A DNA stretch of 64,000 nt from the NCBI GenBank assembly GCA_963717465.1, contig OY970340.1:2464001-2528000 (forward strand), in the 5' to 3' direction. Each line of letters begins with the position of its first letter. The first letter of the stretch is position 1. Made by a program: the position numbers and the translations under genes. Positions 10,592 to 22,050 of this stretch are shown piece by piece. A model generated the notes under the pieces. The model was not told the DNA's origin and ran no database searches. It was given only the letters and a program-made list of their open reading frames with translations. This DNA is from Candidatus Bathyarchaeota archaeon. Its GTDB lineage: Archaea > Thermoproteota > Bathyarchaeia > Bathyarchaeales > Bathycorpusculaceae.

Positions 10592-11491
10592 TTAGCCCGC
10601 GAATGCTTCAACGAGATCTGTAGCGGTGATTATGCCCACCATCTTGCCATCCTTTTCGATTGGCAGTCTTCTAACGTGCTTTGTTGTCATTATCGCTGCA
10701 GCCTCTTGAATGCTTGTCCCCACAGGAGCAGTTATTAATTTCAAAGATGCCTCTTTGCCCACTTCTGCCAGCAACGGCTTACCTTTAACGAAGAAGGTAG
10801 ATAACATGTCTTCCTCCGTGAGCACTCCTCCGTGCCTACCTTTAGCAAGAAAAGTAGTCAGCAAGTCCCGCTCGGTGAAAATTCCAAAAGGTTCACCTTT
10901 ATGTGTTACTATAATGCTTCCAATGTGTTTCTCACTCATGATCTCAACGATTCTAGATACTGGCGTCTTCTCATCAGCAAACTGAACTCGCTTAGTCATG
11001 AAATCATCCACTTTAGCATCGTTTTTCGGAAAATCCGGCATGCTTCTTACAATATCTACAGCTGTTACAATACCAACCAACTTTCCAACTTCAAAGATGG
11101 CAAGTCTGCGCACGTTCTGCCGGATCATCAGCTTAGCAGCTTCCTTTATCTTCACATTAGGTGCTATCGCTATGAGTGGATATGACATTACGGCTTCTAC
11201 CGTCGTTTCTCTTAAATCTTTTCCTAAAGCCAAAACTTTACTAAGCAAGTCGCTTTCGGTCACTATACCCACTGGCGCGTCATATTTTGTTACAATCAAG
11301 CTTCCTATGTTTTTTTCAACCATGACTGTCAAAGCTTCCGCCATAGTTTCCTCTGGATTTATGGTCACAACGTCTTTGCTCATGATATCTTGGACTTCCT
11401 TTCTTTGAAGTTTGCCAAGGTTCTGATTATCCATACTATCCAATACGCTCAGAAATTCTTCATTTGAGTTGGAGTTAGCTTTATTCACCAC
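10592..11491 (-). CDS. CBS-domain protein (four CBS repeats)
   Basis: Repeated V.D.M..V, GIVTESD, VRRL, GIITATD. Confidence 0.9.
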   Translation of the reverse strand: MVNKANSNSNEEFLSVLDSMDNQNLGKLQRKEVQDIMSKDVVTINPEETMAEALTVMVEKNIGSLIVTKYDAPVGIVTESDLLSKVLALGKDLRETTVEAVMSYPLIAIAPNVKIKEAAKLMIRQNVRRLAIFEVGKLVGIVTAVDIVRSMPDFPKNDAKVDDFMTKRVQFADEKTPVSRIVEIMSEKHIGSIIVTHKGEPFGIFTERDLLTTFLAKGRHGGVLTEEDMLSTFFVKGKPLLAEVGKEASLKLITAPVGTSIQEAAAIMTTKHVRRLPIEKDGKMVGIITATDLVEAFAG

Positions 11492-11622
11492 AAACCCTCA
11501 ATTAAACATTGATTTCATCCTAATATAAATGCTCATTTTACATCTTGAATAACGGACAAAAATGATCAGGCAAAAATTGCCATTTTCTTCAAGTTTCTTC
11601 TTGAAGTGTTGAGTAATGCCAA

Positions 11623-12447
11623 TTAAGCTCCCAATTTAGAATCCGCAGTAATTTTTGCCTGCGTATTTTTTGCGACTCCACGTCTAGACCATAACTGATG
11701 AAAACCAACAGTCAAGACTAAAGCGACAATAATTACAGCTACAGCTACTTCAACTACGAGCATCGTTAACGCATAACTGCTCTGTCCAACTGCTATTCCA
11801 ACAAGTGCCCAAACAATAACCAAACTATAGGCAATATCCCGCCGAGTTACAATAACTGCCAAAGTAACAATTAACGCTAAAACCAAAACCACAATAGCCC
11901 AAGTTTGCGCGCTAACACCAAATCCATTCCAGCCAAGATTAAGTAAGGTTACAGAGACATCAGCAATCGTTGCAATCGTCAGCCAGCCTAAATACACGCT
12001 AAAAGGAACATGAACCGCAAGTTTCTCAGTTAAAGAGACTTTTGACCGCCCAATATTTAACCGCAAATAAATAGCAATCAAACTAGCAGTAAAAGCAAGA
12101 ATCAAAACAACAGATAGCACCAAGAAATTGTATTGCCAAAGCAAAATCCAGCCAACATTAAAAATGCTTGTCAAAATGAATAGAAAACTAATCTGCTCGT
12201 GAAACGGCTTATCTTTTTGACTGGGCAAGGCTTGATAAACAATGAATATGCCTAAGAGCACGTAGATAACGCCCCAAATGGCAAAAGTGTAAGTTGCAGG
12301 TGTGATCAATGTTGGATTCGCAAAGGAGACATCGGCAGTTGTCCTGCCGCCAAAAATAGTGGTGTTAGCTAAACTATTTACTATTAAAGTAATAATGTAT
12401 GTTGATATATTTCCAAAGCGTAGCAAATTATAATTTAATGGTTTCAA
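11623..12447 (-). CDS. TspO/MBR-like tryptophan-rich membrane protein
   Basis: TPATYTFAIWGVIY, PFSVYLGWLTIAT. Confidence 0.8.
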   Translation of the reverse strand: MKPLNYNLLRFGNISTYIITLIVNSLANTTIFGGRTTADVSFANPTLITPATYTFAIWGVIYVLLGIFIVYQALPSQKDKPFHEQISFLFILTSIFNVGWILLWQYNFLVLSVVLILAFTASLIAIYLRLNIGRSKVSLTEKLAVHVPFSVYLGWLTIATIADVSVTLLNLGWNGFGVSAQTWAIVVLVLALIVTLAVIVTRRDIAYSLVIVWALVGIAVGQSSYALTMLVVEVAVAVIIVALVLTVGFHQLWSRRGVAKNTQAKITADSKLGA

Positions 12448-12761
12448 AAAACGTCGTCTCCAGTAAAATCTAGAGATTTAAGGATATAAAAATTCTGATT
12501 CATAAACTGACAAGAAATGAAATATTAAGATGTTGCAACGATAAAGTAACAATTCTTTAGATTGAAAAAATAATTATAAAACTTGTTCATGGAACAAGAA
12601 AATCTTTTGCAAAATATTTGTCGGAAATATTAATCAAATTAAAATGAAAATGTTAAAAAATCGAATTTATGTCATAATTGTGTGAAAATATATTATCACT
12701 CAGTAGTTTCCTTTCATAAATTCTATTATGCTTCCTGACGTGTTTTTCAGTTTGAGGACCA

Positions 12762-14636
12762 ATGCAAATACCAAATACTCATAATTCCACTAGCGAGATT
12801 GCACTTTCTAGCAACGAAATAGACTATGAACAAATATTCGAGAACAGCATGAGCGCTTTTGGTTACTGTAAAATGCTCTTTGATAGTAACGGAAAACCAG
12901 TCGACTACGTGTATCTCCAAGTTAACAGTGCAATTGAAAAAATCTTCGGATTAAAAAAATCCGAAATGATCGGGAAAAGAAGTTCAGAGGTAACACCAGA
13001 TGCTTTTAAACAGCATCCTGAAATACTCGAAATTTCAGGCAGAGTTGCTTTAACAAGAAAACCTGAAGAATTTGAACTATTTTTTGAATACAGTAATATT
13101 TGGTTGTATATTTCAATTTTTAGCCCTAAGAAGAACCATATTATCTTCATTATCGATAATATAACTAAGCGCAAGAATTACGAAGCTGAATTGAAAAGCA
13201 GCTTAGAACGATTTTTAGATTTAGCTAATTCCCTTCCAGACATAGTTTTTGAAATAGACCTGAATGGCAAAACAACTTATGTTAATCAAAGCACATTTGA
13301 AATGACTGGTTACACACGAGAGGATATAGACAAAGGATACTTTAACGAAGAATTCTTCACTCCAGAATATCTGGAAAAAGCTAGAAAAGAGTTTGCAAAA
13401 GTAATAGAAACTGCCACAACTACAACACAAGAGTATGTATTGAGGAAAAAAGACGGCACTAAATTTAATGCAATAATAAAAGCAGTCCCAATTAAAGTTA
13501 ATGGAAAGATTGTCGGATTAAGAGGCATTGCCAGTGATGTCACTGAACAGAAAAAAGCTACGGAAACTCTTGTTTTTCAAAGCCAATTGCTTGAATCTGT
13601 CGGACAAGCATTAATTGCGGCGGATAAAAACAGAATTATTCGTTACTGGAACAAAGGAGCAGAGAATCTTTACGGATGGACTGCAGAAGAAACTCTTGGA
13701 AAGAGTATTGACGAAGTTTTAAAGAGCGGCTTTTCTAAAGAACAAATTGACGAGATTTACAATCGTTTTATTTTAGGTGCAAGTTGGTCTAGTGAAAGTC
13801 GCATAAAAAATCGGGATGGGAATAAGGTACCAGTAATAGTCACTATTAACCCCGTATTTAATACTGCAGGCAAGTACATCGGCTCGATAAGTGTCTACAC
13901 TGATATAACTAATCAAAAGAAAATAGAGAAATTACTCGCAGGTTATGTTGAAGAATATGCTTTGGCAACAAAAAAAATTAAAGACTTGAATGAGAAACTT
14001 AAGGTAATTGCCAGCTTAACAAGACATGACGTACGTAACAAACTTGGTGTCTTGAAGGGCTACATGTATATGTTAAAAAAGAAAGTTTCAGATAACGAAG
14101 CAGCAGTAAAGTATTTGAGTAAAATGGATGAAGCCACAAAGCAATTGCTGGATATTTTGGAGTTTGAAAGAGTTTATGAACAAATCGGTTCAGAAGAACC
14201 CGAGTATGCGAATGTTGAAAAGTTTTTTGCTGAAGCATGCGCGCTAATATCTGATTTCAAAGGCATAAACCTGGAATGTGAATGCGACGGGTTGGAAGTG
14301 TTGGCGGATTCTTTGCTGCGTCAACTACTGTATAATTTGATGGATAACACAATAAAGTACGGCGAAAAAACAACTTTGATCCGGCTTTACTGCAAAAAAG
14401 ACGCAGAATCGATGCTGCTCATCTATGAAGATGATGGAAATGGGATGACTGATGAAGTTAGGTCTCATCTTTTTGAGAAAGGCTTTGGCAAAGGAACTGG
14501 TTTTGGCCTCTACATGATAAAACGCATAATTGAAACCTACGGTTGGAACATAGAAGAAAACGGCAAACTAGGCACCGGCGCCAGATTCACAATGAAAATA
14601 CCACAAAACAAGTTTAAACTTAAGGAAAATAGTTAA
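12762..14636 (+). CDS. Multi-PAS sensor histidine kinase
   Basis: Three PAS-like repeats; RHDVRNKL H-box; NLMDN, EDDGNG, GTGFGL. Confidence 0.92.
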   Translation: MQIPNTHNSTSEIALSSNEIDYEQIFENSMSAFGYCKMLFDSNGKPVDYVYLQVNSAIEKIFGLKKSEMIGKRSSEVTPDAFKQHPEILEISGRVALTRKPEEFELFFEYSNIWLYISIFSPKKNHIIFIIDNITKRKNYEAELKSSLERFLDLANSLPDIVFEIDLNGKTTYVNQSTFEMTGYTREDIDKGYFNEEFFTPEYLEKARKEFAKVIETATTTTQEYVLRKKDGTKFNAIIKAVPIKVNGKIVGLRGIASDVTEQKKATETLVFQSQLLESVGQALIAADKNRIIRYWNKGAENLYGWTAEETLGKSIDEVLKSGFSKEQIDEIYNRFILGASWSSESRIKNRDGNKVPVIVTINPVFNTAGKYIGSISVYTDITNQKKIEKLLAGYVEEYALATKKIKDLNEKLKVIASLTRHDVRNKLGVLKGYMYMLKKKVSDNEAAVKYLSKMDEATKQLLDILEFERVYEQIGSEEPEYANVEKFFAEACALISDFKGINLECECDGLEVLADSLLRQLLYNLMDNTIKYGEKTTLIRLYCKKDAESMLLIYEDDGNGMTDEVRSHLFEKGFGKGTGFGLYMIKRIIETYGWNIEENGKLGTGARFTMKIPQNKFKLKENS

Positions 14637-14779
14637 ATCCGCTTTTTCTTAACAAAGTTAATGCCTAATGAAAAAAACTTCTAATCTAGAACACTTTTTT
14701 TGGGTTTTCAAAACAATTATTACAACGCTTGCATTATTCTCGTTTACGTCGCATGTATGCTTGCATTAGCTTGTATAGT

Positions 14780-15660
14780 CTAGCTCATCATTTAAGGACA
14801 TGAATACTTGGCCGGCATTTTTTGTTACCTTAGGTCGTGAAGGATCTTCAATTAGTAATGAAACAGTGAAGGTTGTTCCCTTATTAAAGGCGCTTTCTTC
14901 AGATATTTTTCCTCTGTGAGCGTCTACAATTTTCTTGCATATTTGCTAATCCAAAACCCATTCCTTAAGATTTAGTCGTAAACAAGGGTGTGAACATCTT
15001 TCCGATGGAACCTTGAGGTGTGCCAATACCCGTATCTGAAAAAGTAAAGTCTACTTTTTCTCCGTCTTGGCGACTGCGTATCTCAAGCATGCCGCCATTG
15101 GGCATTGCTTCAATAGCATTTTTGGAGAGGGTTAGGAATACCCGTTCAATCTTGTTTACGTCTGCCCAAATTAGAGGGAAGTTTTCAGTGTGATCGACAA
15201 TTTTGATAAACCTTGAAGGCTTAACTGAAAGTATAAGATAATTAATCAATGATTTAGGCGAACATTCTTCCAGCTCAAGGCTTTATTTCTCGACCAAAAT
15301 CGAGAAGGTCAAAAACAGTCTTATTTGCCGCTCAATCGACCTATCGATAACATTCAGCATCTCATTGCCCTTGTCACTTAAGGAAGCACTATCTTTTCCC
15401 TTAAAAAAAATGCTGCGTTCTTAATCGCTGTCAAAGGATTTCGTAAAATCATGACCAACCATTCCAGCCAGCTCACTTATTGCCGCAAGCCTCTCAGACT
15501 CAATAAGTTGGGCTTGAACTTCCGTCACCTGCTGTTGATCTAAAATTTTGCCAGCAAGATTTTTCCCTACAAGTTCTTTGCGATCAAAATCAGGATAGTT
15601 TCCTGCCATTTTTTTGGAGAAAGAGTCTCTGTATCCTTTGTTTTTAGAGCTGTTAATCGA
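14780..15660 (-). pseudogene. Fragmented histidine kinase
   Basis: ERLAAISELAGMVGHD H-box, NAIEAMPNGG, FTPLFTTK and G-box remnants in different frames with stops. Confidence 0.75.
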
Positions 15661-15676
15661 CTATCTCTCCGTTAAT

Positions 15677-16012
15677 TTAGTTTTTCCAGCCTTTTTCGTA
15701 GCAGTGCTTTGTAATGTTGACGAACTGCTGTAAACTTAAATCTGGAGATAGCCGTCTCGGGCAACTTACTCTTGTACTGATTTTATTAATGATTAAGAGT
15801 TCAAGGTGCCGAGCGCCTAAACCGAAAATTCGTTCAAGAGCGTTTGAGAATCTATCGATGTCGTAAGGGATATTTTGCCTCTTAACCAGAAATGCTTCTT
15901 GCAAATGAGAGTAAATTGACTCTTTGACGTTTTCTCCCAAAATTGCTAATGATTCGTCTATAGAATCCAACAGAATTTCATTAAACGATTCTTTTTGATA
16001 ATTCTTGCTCAA
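15677..16012 (-). CDS. Small hypothetical signalling-associated protein (archaeal output-domain-like)
   Basis: IDESLAILGE...IYSHL...FSNALERIFG.GA..LE pattern; next to kinase remnant. Confidence 0.6.
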   Translation of the reverse strand: MSKNYQKESFNEILLDSIDESLAILGENVKESIYSHLQEAFLVKRQNIPYDIDRFSNALERIFGLGARHLELLIINKISTRVSCPRRLSPDLSLQQFVNITKHCYEKGWKN

Positions 16013-16241
16013 ATCAATCTCACCTTGTTTAAGCTTTCTTATGAAACATTCGTTTCAATTTTATAATTAGAGATTGATTCAACAAATTAAATGCTTTTTG
16101 AATTTCAAATACTAACTACAAATCAAAGATTAAACGAGGTAAATACATAAACTAGAACTTAACTCTTGTATACGTTTTTTGCTTAAAATCAACCTATAAC
16201 ATCCAACTCAGAACACGGAAAAAGAACCGAACAATCAGTTT

Positions 16242-16505
16242 TTAATGTTTATTGCCTTTTCTCTTCTTTGGCATTTCATCCCAGTCTTTATCGAATTCTT
16301 CAGGGGATAACAAATCTTGGCTTGCCAGTTGTTGGCTAAAAGCGTCTAATGCACAAGGATTGTTCAAATAAGCATGGTAAACTTCGATGATTAAATCGAT
16401 AGCCATCGATAACGAAATTGGTTTTTTAGCCATCAAGGTTAATTCTTCAGAGACAACAACTAAATCATCATAAACTTTTTCCGGCAAAATTACCTGCTTA
16501 GGCAT
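16242..16505 (-). CDS. Hypothetical protein
   Basis: ORF directly after flavodoxin; ATG at 16505 chosen as start. Confidence 0.6.
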   Translation of the reverse strand: MPKQVILPEKVYDDLVVVSEELTLMAKKPISLSMAIDLIIEVYHAYLNNPCALDAFSQQLASQDLLSPEEFDKDWDEMPKKRKGNKH

Positions 16506-16525
16506 GCAAAACCCTTCTTCCAAGT

Positions 16526-17062
16526 TTAAAGTCCACGAGCAACTTGCTCAGCGTCACTTTTAATCTTTAAAAGTTCTTCTTTTGTGGGTTTTCCCCTAAT
16601 ATCACCCATACAACCCTTTGTGCTATTATCTTCTCTGCCGATAAACTCGCTTAAAACGTACCACTCGCCGACGATATTAAAACCGACATGCTCAAAGTAT
16701 TGTCGCATACATTTTCCTGCGGGAGTCGCTTCATCAATACCCGTATGAGGGCCAGAATATGTGCAAAAAATTAAGGCGTTCTTACCTGGAACTTTTGGAG
16801 CACATAGTTTAATTTTCCCTTTATTACGGTAAAAGGCCAGTTTGCCTTTTAGGAAATCCATCAAGGGCTTGGCAGGTTGCCATTCAATTGAAGGAGAACC
16901 AACACAGACCAAGTCATAATTGAAGTAGTCTAAGTCTTCAGCTTCATCAGGCTTTTTTAATTGCACGGCTAATCCAGCATTTTCTAAGCCTTCTTTAATT
17001 GCTAATGCAACTTTTTGAGTATTCCCAGTTTGTGACCAATATACTATCAGAGCAGATTTCAT
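16526..17062 (-). CDS. Flavodoxin-family protein
   Basis: IVYWSQTGNT, VGSP; start taken at ATG 17062. Confidence 0.85.
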   Translation of the reverse strand: MKSALIVYWSQTGNTQKVALAIKEGLENAGLAVQLKKPDEAEDLDYFNYDLVCVGSPSIEWQPAKPLMDFLKGKLAFYRNKGKIKLCAPKVPGKNALIFCTYSGPHTGIDEATPAGKCMRQYFEHVGFNIVGEWYVLSEFIGREDNSTKGCMGDIRGKPTKEELLKIKSDAEQVARGL

Positions 17063-17943
17063 GTTTCTTACCCGCAGTCTATTAAGATGTATGAAATAAT
17101 AAAACTTCACTATTAAAAACATGATTTATGTCAGTTTTAAATCGACTGGCTTTGTGTGATCTCAAATCTTCAGAAAAAACGCTAATAAAATGCCCAACTG
17201 TATGTTCGTTGGAGGTACAGTCTAGCAATTAAGGAAAACCGACGCCGGCGAGCAAGGACACCCCTTGAAAAAGCAATTAGAGGCTTATCATCAGCTTTAG
17301 GTTCTCACACCTTTTATTGATTCTTAAAAGCGTTGCAATCGTTCATGAAACTGCCCGAAATGCTTAATGTTTTTGTTTAGTTTCCAAATGTTCAATCATT
17401 GGTAATTAGAAGACGAATTACGTTTAAACAGCAATTTCTCAACAGGATCAAAATCGATTGACAACATCAAATCAATAATATTGACCTCGTCCTTCGTTAA
17501 ACTTTTTTTCATCTTTCTCCCTCTAATTTGGAACGAGCAAGCGCTAATCCAATGCCTTGTTTGCTCCTTCGCTCTCCTCGCTTTATTCCGTATTTAGGCT
17601 TATGAATGATTTCCAAATAATCTATAGATTGCTTAGAACGCTATATAGACGCAATAAAGCAAAAATGCCCCCATAAACAAATCGCGTTTTGCGAAAAAAT
17701 ATCGAACCTTAAAAAATTGATTCTCTATGCGGTACACATGAGCCCCCGTTGCCTGTAACGCAAATTTGAAAAAAATGTTTTGCCGTATTCTTACCTGACA
17801 ACAGTCCGTCAAATTGTCGCGTGTGAAGCCGTGGGTTTAACCCAGTGACTTGACGGGATTCTGTTTATATATTTGCTTGAATTGTTATTTTTTGATCGAA
17901 GTATAAAAAATCTAAGAATTTACAAAAGGAGATTTAAGAAGAA

Positions 17944-18237
17944 ATGCCTTATTGTCCATATTGTGGTGCTTCGGTTCCTGAAGGTGCAATAGCCTGTGGA
18001 AAATGTGGGGCAACTATGAATGCTCAAGGTGGCCCTGCTTCAACGCCTTTTCAATCTCAACCGCCAAACTCGCAACCACCCCAAGGTTCACCACCATGGG
18101 GAAACAAGCCTAACTATAACCAACCGTCAACACGCTTGGAGAGTGCGCTAAAAAAAACCGAACAATTAAGCTACGTTGCCATTGGCTTGGGTGCTGCCAT
18201 TATTATCATATTCATCGTGCTATATTTGCTACCCTAG
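17944..18237 (+). CDS. Zinc-ribbon protein with C-terminal TM helix
   Basis: YCPYCG...CGKCG, Pro/Gln linker, hydrophobic tail; AGGAG upstream. Confidence 0.75.
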   Translation: MPYCPYCGASVPEGAIACGKCGATMNAQGGPASTPFQSQPPNSQPPQGSPPWGNKPNYNQPSTRLESALKKTEQLSYVAIGLGAAIIIIFIVLYLLP

Positions 18238-18283
18238 CCACATCAAATGATCATAAAGAATAAGAATAGAGGAGATAAAGGAA

Positions 18284-18409
18284 ATGGAGTCCGAAAATAC
18301 AATCAGAAGAATTGAAAAAATAAACACAATACTTAATGGTGTAGTCATCGTAGAAGCAATAGTATTAATATTTCTTGTCTTTAGCCTCATTAGTTATTTC
18401 TTCTCTTAA
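18284..18409 (+). CDS. Small membrane peptide (41 aa)
   Basis: MESENTIRRIEKINTILNGVVIVEAIVLIFLVFSLISYFFS with GGAG upstream; below ORF-track cutoff. Confidence 0.5.
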   Translation: MESENTIRRIEKINTILNGVVIVEAIVLIFLVFSLISYFFS

Positions 18410-18578
18410 AGCTATCAATTACCCGTTAGCTTAAAACAGGTAATCATCGCAGGAAGGCAATGAAAAGTCTAAGAATGGTTTAAGCTACAATTCAGGAGAA
18501 GAGCCCGGGAGATACCGCCCTCTGGAGTGTAATTCATACTTTTGATGGCAAAAGTATAAAATTGGCTCTAGACGGCAA

Positions 18579-18651
18579 TAGCCCGGGAGAGATTCGAACT
18601 CTCGTCAAGGGCTCCAGAGGCCCCTATGCTTGACCACTACACCACCGGGCT
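18579..18651 (-). tRNA. tRNA-Gln(CTG)
   Basis: AGCCCGG...CCGGGCT acceptor, anticodon loop CTCTGGA, GTTCGAATC T-loop. Confidence 0.95.
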
Positions 18652-18989
18652 TTAGCGTTCATCAAAAAATGATTCAACATTATTAAACTTTAATGTTGCC
18701 TGTTTTTTTTCAGCGGATCGTCATATTGCATCTTATCGCTGGATTCGTCTTTTGCGAGCGGTTTCATTGTTCTTTCTTAAACTTTAACTTCTGGGTACTT
18801 ATTCTCCATGCTATGCAATTTTCATCTTAAGCTTTATCGTTAGGAGAGGAATAAATAGAGCAAATTTGCTAGTTTTTTTGAGTTTTTTGCTGTTTTTGAT
18901 TCTTATAATTACTAGTTTAGACTTTTAAGCTAAATTGTTAATCCATAAATTGTATATATTATGATGACAGTAAAATTTGCTGGAATCGC

Positions 18990-19406
18990 ATGAGCACAAA
19001 AGTCAATATCCTTGTCATCGATGACGACGAAGCAGTGCGCGAAAGCATAGCTGTTATACTGCGAAGTGAAGGCTACTTTGTAGATGAAGCTGAAAACGGC
19101 AAAGAGGCAATCGCCAAATCTTATGAGAACGCGTACAATCTTGCAATAGTTGACTATCGACTACCTGATATTGAAGGAACCAAACTGCTTGGAAAACTAA
19201 AGGAAACTACGCCGAAAATGGTGAAAATTATGATTACAGGTTTTCCATCAGTTATTAACACTCTTGAAGCATTGAACAACCGTGTTGATGCTTTCTTAGT
19301 AAAACCCGTAGACATCGAGGTATTACTGAAAAAAATCAGTACTCTTCTCAAAGAGCAAGAGCAAACAAGAGAAAAGGTGTGGAAGCCCATTGAAGCCATC
19401 AGCTAA
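18990..19406 (+). CDS. Response regulator receiver protein
   Basis: ILVIDDD, DYRLPD, ITG, KP. Confidence 0.92.
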   Translation: MSTKVNILVIDDDEAVRESIAVILRSEGYFVDEAENGKEAIAKSYENAYNLAIVDYRLPDIEGTKLLGKLKETTPKMVKIMITGFPSVINTLEALNNRVDAFLVKPVDIEVLLKKISTLLKEQEQTREKVWKPIEAIS

Positions 19407-20628
19407 AGACACAATTAAAAATGAGAATCGCCAAGAAACACAAGAAAAAGTGAACTTTGTCATCGATGAAAATATTTCCGACAAGGAATCAAAGTCTACT
19501 AGTTTTTATGTTAAAGATATATCAGCTATTTTTGATAATATGCTCGACGGTTTTGCATACAACAAAATTATCCTAGATGAAAACGCCAAACCCGTTGATA
19601 TGATTATAATTGAAGCAAACAAGGCATATGAAAAAATTATCGGAATACCAAGATCCGAATTTATAGGGAAAAAAACCAGTTTAACGTTTCCCTACCCTGT
19701 TTCCGGTGACGAGTTTGCTGATACAAGGATTGCAATCTTTGAAACTTTTGTGAAAGTCGCACTCACAGGAATGACGATTGATACTGAAATTTACTTTTCT
19801 GAAATTAAGAAATGGTTACATGTTTCAGCTTACAGCCCGAAAAAATACTATTTTGTTTCAATGTTTGAGGATATTACTAAGCGCAAGGAACTTGAGAAGA
19901 AAATCAATGATTACACCAAGGATCTAGAGAAAATTGTTGAGGAAAGGACAAGGCAACTTAAGGAGTCAGAACGCTTAGCCACTATTGGACAAACTGCAGG
20001 CATGATTGGACATGACATTCGTAATCCGTTGCAGGCTATTGTTAACGAATTGTACATCGCTAAAAAAAAGGTCAACAAGGAAGCTGATAGCAAAGAGAAG
20101 AAGGAAATACTTGATATCTTAAATTTAATTCAGGATCAAACAGGATACATCAGCAAAATAGTTGCTGACCTGCAAGATTACTCTAGACCCTTAAACCCTG
20201 AACTATCAGATTTTGATTTATATGAAATAATTTCAAGTGTACTCCAAACTATACAATTTAAGGATAAAGTGAATGTTTTTGTGAATATTACCAGCGGGGC
20301 TAAAATTAAAACTGATTCTGTTTTCTTTAGGAGGATTTTAGGCAACTTGGTCGGTAACTCGATTCAGGCCATGCCTGAAGGCGGCAAACTGAATATTTCA
20401 GCAGCAAAAGAAGAAAATCAGACAATTATTACTGTCTCGGATAATGGCAAAGGTATACCTGAAGAGGCTAAGCCTAAAATTTTCGAGCCATTGTTCACTA
20501 CTAAAGCCAAGGGCCAAGGGTTAGGTTTGGCAGTGGTAAAACGTCTAGTTGAAGCATTACATGGGACGATAACTTTTGAGAGCCAAGAGGGCAAAGGAAC
20601 AACATTCACAGTAGCTCTTCCAGATTAG
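19390..20628 (+). CDS. PAS sensor histidine kinase
   Basis: GHDIRNPL, NSIQAM, DNGKG, FTTKAKGQGLGL. Confidence 0.9.
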   Translation: MKPSAKDTIKNENRQETQEKVNFVIDENISDKESKSTSFYVKDISAIFDNMLDGFAYNKIILDENAKPVDMIIIEANKAYEKIIGIPRSEFIGKKTSLTFPYPVSGDEFADTRIAIFETFVKVALTGMTIDTEIYFSEIKKWLHVSAYSPKKYYFVSMFEDITKRKELEKKINDYTKDLEKIVEERTRQLKESERLATIGQTAGMIGHDIRNPLQAIVNELYIAKKKVNKEADSKEKKEILDILNLIQDQTGYISKIVADLQDYSRPLNPELSDFDLYEIISSVLQTIQFKDKVNVFVNITSGAKIKTDSVFFRRILGNLVGNSIQAMPEGGKLNISAAKEENQTIITVSDNGKGIPEEAKPKIFEPLFTTKAKGQGLGLAVVKRLVEALHGTITFESQEGKGTTFTVALPD

Positions 20629-20935
20629 AAAAGCTAGTAAGGTCTAGCTTTATTTTATTCTTTTAAATAAATGAGATAAGGAAAAAATTCAAGAAATGCT
20701 ACTTTTAGTCATCTAAGTAAATCTAAAGTGAACGTTCCACTCCGGACGCTTTACGAAAAGAAACGCTTCTTCATGAGTTTCAAGCTCTTGCTTATTAAAA
20801 TGTGGATGTTAGTTTTTATTAAGAAGTGAATATATTTTGAGTAGGCAATGGGTCCGTGGCGCAGTACGGATTATGGCAGCATGGACGCTGAAATTTCTGC
20901 TATACGGATTGTGAGTCGATAATATATATGCTACG

Positions 20936-21010
<75 letters not shown>

Positions 21011-21316
21011 ATTCTTTTTAAGATACCTATTACTCGTTCTTTTAATCCTTTTCTAATTGTTTTGTTGGTATCCTGAAATTAGAATTTGATTTTGTTATGT
21101 TTATTTTTCTGATTATTATGCTTGTTTATGACGTTTAGTTTAAAGGTTGACCGTGGGTTTATGATGATTTATCTATTGAGTTGAGGTTTAGTTTGTTCTA
21201 TTTCGTGTTGAATGTTGTTTTGTTAGTGTTTATCAGTTTTGCGCGCTTTATCTTTTACTTATTGCAGATTAAAAATTCATAAATTATTTATAATATTACT
21301 TAGTTTCAATTCTTAA

Positions 21317-21673
21317 GTGGCGTTTGTATTGGATAAAAGAATTTGGAGAATTATCAGTTTCGTATTTACAGGTTTTGGAGGAGTTGTTTTAATTGCTGGT
21401 TTAATAATCTGTTTGTCTGCTTTTTACTCAGTTGCAAATTTGCCATCTGTTACTGATTATGCATTACAGTTGGCTAAAACGGCTTTCTTCTTGGGATTAG
21501 TGCCTTTTATTGTTCCATCTGCATGTCTTTTCATAATAGGGGCTGCAATCTGGTATATTGGAAAACCACAAAAGCCTGATTTGTTATATCCTTCAACTTT
21601 TCAAACATCGCCTCTATTTTTCATGCCACAATATCAGAGATGGTATTGTCCTAATGAGAAAAAATACGTCTAA
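21317..21673 (+). CDS. Hypothetical membrane protein
   Basis: Two TM segments, C-terminal WYCPNEKKY; AT-rich context. Confidence 0.55.
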   Translation: MAFVLDKRIWRIISFVFTGFGGVVLIAGLIICLSAFYSVANLPSVTDYALQLAKTAFFLGLVPFIVPSACLFIIGAAIWYIGKPQKPDLLYPSTFQTSPLFFMPQYQRWYCPNEKKYV

Positions 21674-22050
21674 TTTCATTTTTTGAATAATCTTTTTAAT
21701 ATAAATTCTTCGATTATTTTGTTCTAATAATTCTTTATGTTGATTTGTTTATTTTATTGTGTTTATTGTTACTTTGCTTGTTAGTGTTGATGTGTGTTAT
21801 GAGCAGTGTGTTCATTATGATGCTTTAATGAGCGTAGACTGAAACAAGAATGTTAAATCCCAGCAAACTTAGACGTGCGCCACATTTTTTGTTTTTGTAT
21901 TTAAAGCAAATTTAATTTTGCATTTTATAGTAAAGTTGCAAAATAAATGATGCAAAAGATGATTTTCTGCAATTTGAATCATAATTTAGAATTCATAATC
22001 TCTAATTAACTAATCAAACAAACCCTTAATGTTTCATGGAATGAAACAAA

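Noticed and set aside
18502..18590. 11-bp copy of the tRNA-Gln 3' end (AGCCCGGGAGA) as an att site
   Set aside because: Too short, only ~80 bp from the tRNA, and no integrase in the window
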